A stretch of 63,169 nucleotides of DNA, the filler included, from Licmophora abbreviata (lineage: Eukaryota), in the NCBI GenBank assembly GCA_900291995.1. It is 21 parts of 21 records of this genome, joined end to end, with 100 filler letters (N's around TTAATTAATTAA, not from the genome) between each part and the next. Parts side by side here need not be neighbours in the genome. Positions count along the whole stretch, not along the records: positions 56,189 to 59,666 come from OLMU01006329.1; positions 59,767 to 61,900 come from OLMU01006330.1; positions 62,001 to 63,169 come from OLMU01006332.1; 18 more parts are not named here. One strand, 5' to 3'. The position numbers and the translations under genes were made by a program. The notes beneath the pieces were generated by a model that saw only the letters and a program-made list of their open reading frames with translations, did not search any database and had not been told where the DNA came from. Shown here in pieces: positions 56,411-63,169 of the stretch. The first letter of the stretch is position 1. Each line of letters opens with the position of its first letter.

Positions 56411-59400
56411 TCACCATAACACCTGCCCGATTAACTCTCGTAACCGTGGACCGGGCAATAACTTGGTCAACAAGTCCGCAATATTGTACTTGCCTTCCTC
56501 CCATGCGATACGTACGATACCTGCAGCTTGTGCTTCGCGCGTTCGATGGTAGGCAATTGCATTGTGTTTCTTCTTCAATGTTGATTCTGGGTGAGTCGAA
56601 TTCTTGAACACCGATTCGTTGTCACAAAAGACATTCGTTGCTCCATCAACAGGTATCCCCATCATCCGAAGCTTGTACCTCAATGCTTCAATCTGTTCAA
56701 TGGCAGTCTTCATAGCCACAAATTCGCTACCAAACGTACTCGATTCCACGGTGTTCTGCCGCTTCGAGTACCAGATGATTGGCGCGCGCATCAGGAAAAG
56801 AATGATGCCTGTGTGTGAACGTCTCGTCACACGACAACCTGCATGGTCTGCATCGACGAAGCAAGTCGTCGTGACTGATGCTCCACGTAACTCGGGTGCC
56901 TTTGGTGGGGTCGGCTCATGCGCCCCTGGATAGTACTCTCCCCAGTCGCTCTTAGTAAAACGGGACTCGTCGAAAGTTGGCTCTGTCTCATCGAATACCA
57001 ATTTCGATCTTCCGTAGGCCTTAAGATAAGCGAAGATATGAAGTACCTCTTCCAAATGACCAACGCGTGGTTCAGCCAAGTGTCTAGATAGCAGCGCCAC
57101 GGCAACGTGGATGTCAATCCGGCCGAGCTCCACAATCCATCGTAGGACACCGATCAGTCCCTGGAAATAGTTAGCGCGTCGTGCGTCGAGAGTCCTGGAC
57201 ATGTCAATCTCAGGACGGTAACCAGCACTGAGGGGCGTTTTGACTTTCGTCTTGAGGAATTTCCCCGCCTGACTAAGCTCCCGCTCGACATCGGCGATTG
57301 CTCTCTTCACATATAGGTCAGACGACATCGCCCATCGTTTCTTGGTTGGATTCTCTGCGCCTGGGATCTCGACCTTCGAGATCTCCGAACCGAGATAAGC
57401 ATCCGGTTCCTTTACACTTCCCTTCTTCAGGGTGTAGTGTGCCGACAAGTGATCGAGGATGGCTCTTGGGTCGTGTGATACGGCAAGGATATCATCGACG
57501 TACACAAGCACATACTCCCAATATTTCGTACCGTCGGTCTTGGTATTGGGCCGCATCCAAACGTCCGGGTCTGCAAGGCAGCTCTCAAAGCCAGCCTCTC
57601 GTAACGTTGCTGCCATGTGGTCCCTCCAACGAGCTCCGCTGGACTTCAGCCCGTAAAGGGCACGTACTATGAATGCTGGTCTCCCCTGTCTCGCTTTCCC
57701 GAACTCTGGTCCAGCGACAGTGTAACAACGCTCCTTCGTCGGCGCGTTGAGATACGCATTCTGTACGTCAGCAGAGAGAATGTCAAGATCGTTGAGTGCG
57801 GCGATTGTAAAAGCGATCCGCACACTGTCACGTGACACAACACTCGAATACGTCGACTCCTTCGGCGGATCCGTCTCGTGTCCTCCTGCTACAAAACGGG
57901 CTTTTCGGGTTAGGTCCATTTTCACATCAAAAATGAGGTGGCACGAGATCCGCTTGTATCCGATCGGCACGTCGTCGCCTTCACGGAACTCGAATGCGGG
58001 ATCAACGTTCATCATCTCCTTCTCTATGGCCTGTTTCCAGAAGTCAGTCCCCGTTTTCGCATCAACCTCCAATGCTGTTCTACCGTCTTCGGTAGCTCAA
58101 TCCCAAATTTGTGAGAACGAGCCCAGTACCGCGATTTGACTTTCTTCACGATCCGATCACGTCGCCGCAAAACCGTACGAGTCCACCAAGCAAAGGCCGG
58201 CTCTTCCGATATCTTGTTGGCAACCGCGTACTCTGCGACTTCGACCGGGTTCGACTCCTTGAGGTCTTTCAGCGGTATCCAGGATGACGAGCCGTCTTTC
58301 CATTCGACGAGTAGGTCCCAACCAACTGTGGTAATGCGCCGACGGCGCGTGCCATTGGCTGAGGTAATCCATCCGTCGTCGATCGGTACTGCTGTCGGCC
58401 CTTTCCTGTGATCCACGATGTCAGAAATAATCTCATAAACACGGCCCTCATCGTCGACCTGCGCCCACATGTTCGCTGCGATCTGATTTGCCGTGAACGC
58501 TTCAGTAGAACCGTCTGGGAACTCCACGTCGTACATTCGGCTATCTAACATTGGGTTGTTGTGACGGGTGCCAATCGGCATGCCGTCAATGTCTCGTTTT
58601 CGGCCGATAACTTTCGCCGACAAGCTTTCGCCACCGTGTGGTAGCATGACGTTCATCGTCAAGTATTCATCCAGTGCCTCTGGGGTGGTTTCGTCAGCTT
58701 CTGGCTTTGCTGACTCCGGGTCGAATGGTTCGAGGGTCGCTTCATCGCCCTCAAATAGATCGTCTGGTGGTGGTGGCATTTGTTCGGCTAGTTCTGCCGG
58801 CACATCGTCATCCGCCACTTCATCGCCCAAACGCGATCTAATCCCATCGTCGAGTACCGTCAAGTCTGCCATGATAGCTGGGTCCTTCATCTCATCCTGA
58901 GAAAGGGACCATACGGACTTCCGCACCTTAACCCTGCCAGTCTCTGTCAGGATCACGTTGGCGGCTTCATCCGTGTAGTTCTCCGCGATCCCCAGCCATC
59001 TTCCAATCTTCTTGCGTTGGAAAGGGAAGGAATCGACAGGATCATAGTAATAACAATACTGGTAAAAGTCGAACATCGCATATACAGAGATGTCTGGTGT
59101 TGATCCCAGAACATGCTCCGTCGGCGATCGGCCCTCGAGTGCCGCGATGTCCAATGCTGTGAGGCGACGAATCGCCGTCACCCACTGTGCTGCATAGCAC
59201 CAAGTCCTGCGCGGTCCTCCTGACCGCCGCATCGTTCGTCGTACTCCTTTCTTCAACTCCCGAATCGACGATTCAGCTAGGTTCTGCCATGGGCTGTACG
59301 GGAGAGAGATATTGTGCTCAATCCGGTACTCCTGCATGGTCGACCGAGCTCTACCCGCGATTTCCTCCATCGCGCCGTCCGTCACAAGGGTCTTGGGCAC

Positions 59401-60011
59401 ACCGACGTCGTGGATCAACGACATGAGGGTGTCCGGCGCTTCCGACTTTCGTTTCCAAGGATAGAAATAATCGAATCCGGCCCCATTCGTGTATACCGAC
59501 CCACCGGTGTATCCCCTAATCGATTTCACTTTCGAGAACATCTCATCGGCATACATCCGACCGCTCATTGAAGGGAATTTCATCCAGGGTCCCCGGCTCC
59601 GAACACGACGTTCGGCTGGGACGAGAACATTCCTAATCCCTTGCTGGGTCGTTACTCTGAGCGTCTNNNNNNNNNNNNNNNNNNNNNNNNNNNNNNNNNN
59701 NNNNNNNNNNTTAATTAATTAANNNNNNNNNNNNNNNNNNNNNNNNNNNNNNNNNNNNNNNNNNNNCCGGCAACAAAGGTGTCGGCATGGCTGTCAAGTT
59801 CGCAATAGTGAATCGTCTCCTCCTGCGGACCATGGGCAGTGGAGAGGTTAGACAAGATACGAATGGTGCAGAGGTGACGTCCTCTTGGGGAACGACAGAA
59901 GTGAGTTGGCCCGGGCTTTGGGTGGTGTTGTGCTAACGTAAGACTAGTAACGTTAGCGCTATCGTTCATCGATAGCTCGTTACAACACGTAGTCAAACCC
60001 GGCGCGGCTTG
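56411..60011 (-). CDS. Copia B pol, one frameshift near 58077, gap 59667-59766
   Basis: YADEMF, VTDGA, QNLAE; YVDD; FVDADHAG, SSTFGSEF, CDNESV, NIADLLTK. A 1-nt loss separates PKTVEQ from ALEVD. Confidence 0.92.
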
Positions 60012-61523
60012 TCATTCCTGCTGGCGTTCTTGGCCTCCCTGTCCGTACTTCGGAACGGACCTCTTGTGAGCGAGTCGTCCGAACTGACTAGCAGCCGACG
60101 CTCCTCCCGACTCTTTTGATGAGTCTATGTCGGTACTGAAAGTAACCGACCCAACCGTTCGCGACTTCTTCGACGACGGTTCCTCCTCCGATCCTACCGA
60201 ACTGTTGTCGGTAACGACACGAGCAATCTCCTTAATGAAAGACTTGACCGATTCATCGTCGACGGTCTCTTTCGTTTTGAGCTTCTTCGCCGCCGCACGC
60301 TTCCGTTTGAGCTCCACTTTCTGTTCGGGAGTGAGCTTATGGTAGTCTTTAGAAGAGAGATAGGTAGCCGACGAAAGCGCTTTGTCGTACGAGCCCCCCT
60401 TTCCACCGGCTTTCCCACGTTGTCCTTTGCCCGTTCGAGCGGCACCGACGTTACGGCTGCCTGCCGAATCTGCGGACGCCTGGCTCCTCAAGTTCTCAAG
60501 GACCGTCTTAAGATACTGCTGGCAAGTCTCGAAGCTTGTAAGCTTCGCCTCGTCACCGCTAATGATCTCTTTGGCCGTCTGCAAGCGTGGGTCCTGGATG
60601 CCCTGTAGAAAGTCGGCGACTTTCTTTGTCTCTGCCACCTCTTCCTCAAGGTCAAACAATTCGTTGTGAGCACGCTGATGCTTGGTAACATAGGCATCAT
60701 ACGAGTGTTTGCCCCTTCCCGTGAAACGGGCCACCTTAATCTCCGCGTAGGCCTTGGCTTTCCTGACTGTCTTCGCCGCCGGACCCTCAGCCTGCATCTT
60801 CAATGACAGATAAGCCGCGCGACCGTCCTTAGCACGATTGTGTTGTTTGATGAAGGTCCAGCCTTGTCCCGCAACAACCTTGCTCTTAAGGATCGCATAC
60901 AGCTTCTGGTTGTCGCGCGCGTACTGAGATCCGGTGAGAGTCGTCGTCGCCACCAAGTCTTCGTCGACAGTGGCGTAGTCGGCGGCCCTCATGGCGTCGG
61001 TCACCTCGGTTGAATCGCGGATGAGGTAGGTTAAGGGAACGCTCGTTGCACTTGTGCTGCGAACAGTCGACAGGTAAGTCGACAAACGTTCATCGAACGT
61101 GATCCAATTCTTCATAAAGTCAAGATCAATTGGCGACACTTCGTCGTCGGAATCATCCTTCGACGTCACCAACGTCAGCTGTTCCAACCAACGATCAATT
61201 GCTACAGCATTGAACCCCCCTGGAGCCGCGTTCTGTCCACGGGACACACGATACTCGATCCACATTCGGAAAGCTTTAAGCTTCCTGATTGCCAAGTAGG
61301 GGAAAGTTGGGACCTGCTGTGGGGCGTCACCGGGTGCGACAGCTTGTTGCATCGCCGGTCGATCGCGGCCCATCTGACGGATCAGTTGATCGATCTCCCC
61401 CAGAGGGAGGGAACGGAGGTTTTCGGTACTATCGATACCCTGTTGTTCAAGATACGTTACCGTGGTGGGGTTGAAACCACACCTGTCAAGTGCCGCCCTG
61501 AAGGCGGCCATGTGTGCTGCCAT
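60012..61523 (-). CDS. Copia B gag
   Basis: 503-aa ORF homologous to Copia A gag (VPLTYLIR, DNQKLYAIL, KDGRAAY, KKVADFLQGI, ASQFGR); ends GAA TGA. Confidence 0.88.
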   Translation of the reverse strand: MAAHMAAFRAALDRCGFNPTTVTYLEQQGIDSTENLRSLPLGEIDQLIRQMGRDRPAMQQAVAPGDAPQQVPTFPYLAIRKLKAFRMWIEYRVSRGQNAAPGGFNAVAIDRWLEQLTLVTSKDDSDDEVSPIDLDFMKNWITFDERLSTYLSTVRSTSATSVPLTYLIRDSTEVTDAMRAADYATVDEDLVATTTLTGSQYARDNQKLYAILKSKVVAGQGWTFIKQHNRAKDGRAAYLSLKMQAEGPAAKTVRKAKAYAEIKVARFTGRGKHSYDAYVTKHQRAHNELFDLEEEVAETKKVADFLQGIQDPRLQTAKEIISGDEAKLTSFETCQQYLKTVLENLRSQASADSAGSRNVGAARTGKGQRGKAGGKGGSYDKALSSATYLSSKDYHKLTPEQKVELKRKRAAAKKLKTKETVDDESVKSFIKEIARVVTDNSSVGSEEEPSSKKSRTVGSVTFSTDIDSSKESGGASAASQFGRLAHKRSVPKYGQGGQERQQE

Positions 61524-62000
61524 GATATTGCGTATTTGCGTCTTCGCGCAAAATTATGTGGCATAAAACTCCGGCTGTCATCGCCTAAATAAGAATGAGC
61601 GAGCGTCCGAGTCGGACAGCTCTAACGATTTTTCAATGGTCATAATCGTAAACCCATATAAATTGTACCTGCGTCACTTCTGCAGGTGCCCCATAACCAA
61701 TGGTCTTTATTGGTTGCTGTTTAGTGCATTCGTGCCGGCTCGCTCTCTTTTAGCGAGTATTGGCATCGCCCGACAAACTTCTTCCCGGGTGCGAGAAAGT
61801 GTTTAGCGTCAAGACGACGATGGGCTGGTACCGGTGCCCCGCGATCCCCATGTGCACCATGGGGCGATCGCCATCACGCGAATGGGTCTGATAAACTCAG
61901 NNNNNNNNNNNNNNNNNNNNNNNNNNNNNNNNNNNNNNNNNNNNTTAATTAATTAANNNNNNNNNNNNNNNNNNNNNNNNNNNNNNNNNNNNNNNNNNNN

Positions 62001-63169
62001 ATCTGTGCCTAGTTTCTTTCCTGGTCCCGGGTCCTTGGCCGGTACCACTCCCATAATCTGATCGCGAAACTTGCAAAACAATGCTCCTTGAAGCGGTTTC
62101 GTCATGAAGTCGCCGATCATGTTCCCTGTGGGACACCACTCGATTTTCAATTCGCCATTCGATACTCGATCAGTAATAAAGAAGTATCGAATGCTGATAT
62201 GCTTCGTCCGTTTGCTGCTTGACGCTTTGCCGTTTTTCTCTAGAAGCATCGAACTCTTGTTATCCTGGAACAAGATGTTATCCACGACGTCGTATCCTTG
62301 TGCCGCCATGAAGTAACGCGTCCAGCAAATTGATGGCATGAAATCGTCTGCTCCAACAATCTCTGTTTCCGTGGAGCTTCGAGTGTTCAATTTCTGCTTT
62401 GTTGAACTCACAATGGGAAAACCTCTTCCCAGCGACAGTCCTCCTCCAGAGTGACCGCGCATATTCGGATGGACTGCAAACGATGCGTCCACCCACCATT
62501 TTAGAATGCCGCTTCCGTTGGCACTCAGTACTAGAGGCAGTGTACGTGTACCTCTCAAGTACTTGATAAGACGAGACAACTTCTTCCAGTCGTCTTTGTC
62601 GGGCGCTCTCACCCTCGTGGTCAGGAACGCGATCGCAGTGCATGTGTCCGGTCTGGCTCTTTTTGTAGCATAGAGTATCTTCGCAACTATGTTGTGAAAC
62701 TCGACTGCCTTGTTCGTCTGGAGTTTCTCACAATCTTCGTTGACTGAAAATAGGTTGTCAGGTGCTGCACTCGTCTTTGTTCCTCTTCCTTTAGGATCTG
62801 CTTTGTCGAAAGCAGTAATAATCTCTTCGATGTAGTCGAGCATCAAGTGTCATGCCGAGGTACTTGTGGATCTTACCTCGGCTCACTGACATTGCTCCAG
62901 ACCCATCTTCGAATATACTTTCGTATTCCTCTCGTAGCCATTCGATCGTATCATCGTTGACTCTGCTCTTTTTGTGGCTCAGCTTGCAATCATCGACATG
63001 AAAGCAAATTGTAGATTGCTGGCCTTCGATGACTTTGTTCGCTATGCATGGATCGTATGGGTTGATCTCATATCCGCGGCTTTTCAAGCTCGTGGTGAAT
63101 TTGCGGTAGTAGAGCAAACTCGTGACCATTGTTCCATACAGTGCATTCTGGCACTTCACCAGAAGTTGG
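62001..63169 (-). pseudogene. Ty1/Copia fragment D: RT - RNase H with an internal deletion and frameshift near 62845
   Basis: ALYG, FHVDD and YLGMTLD, then a jump to MLDYIEEII in another frame (about 10 codons apparently missing); WVDASF, SSTETE, QDNKSS, GDFMTKPLQG. Confidence 0.88.

Larger units (their letters stand above)
56189..61900 (-). mobile_element. Ty1/Copia LTR retrotransposon B (related to A), internal region split by a spacer
   Basis: PBS-like start at 61900, gag, in-frame UGA, protease ELDSHADT, then INT-RT-RH on the adjacent contig. Confidence 0.92.
2103..62000. other. 20 artificial 100-bp contig spacers (44N-TTAATTAATTAA-44N)
   Basis: They start at 2103, 4777, 6337, 9908, 11272, 15828, 18270, 21790, 23203, 25292, 28951, 31898, 35205, 38397, 42145, 44546, 50347, 56089, 59667 and 61901. 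The 12-mer gives stop codons in all six frames. Confidence 0.98.

Noticed and set aside
39751..60014. UGA reassigned to Trp, or selenocysteine insertion, as the explanation of the in-frame UGAs
   Set aside because: TGG is used throughout, and TGA terminates pol at the expected RNase H end (31810-31812 and 56413-56411). The UGAs occur only at gag/pol boundaries, not at Cys- or Trp-like positions. No SECIS was recognised, although I could not search for one formally.

Overview
This window is not contiguous genomic DNA. It is 21 short contigs joined by 20 identical 100-bp artificial spacers (44 N + TTAATTAATTAA + 44 N), and neighbouring contigs are often two halves of one element. The content is eukaryotic: short GT-AG introns of about 90-140 bp and CoDi-type Copia elements suggest a diatom or other stramenopile (inference). 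Most of it is retroelements: two APE-RT-RNase H LINEs, one CRE-like RT/restriction-like-endonuclease LINE, two tyrosine-recombinase (DIRS/Ngaro-type) retrotransposons and five Ty1/Copia elements or fragments. There is also a decayed Plavaka-like DNA transposase and a small host-gene island (OSCA/TMEM63, bacterial-type CoaD, MYND/MSS51-like, aquaglyceroporin). Main observations: (1) four different retrotransposons (three Copia, one DIRS-like) have gag and pol in the same frame, separated by one UGA followed by C (UGA-CUA, -CCC, -CAA, -CGG) and then a predicted RNA structure, which points to a shared programmed stop-codon readthrough system; (2) the DIRS-like element carries a degenerate C5-cytosine-methyltransferase-like domain before its RT plus a Dam-like domain after RNase H; (3) the Copia pol proteins carry PDZ-like, chromo-like and transmembrane-like add-ons; (4) two Copia elements share a 15-nt primer-binding site complementary to a tRNA anticodon-arm-like sequence; (5) two LINEs have overlapping stop-start codons between ORF1 and ORF2. 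All domain calls are by eye from motifs; no searches were run.
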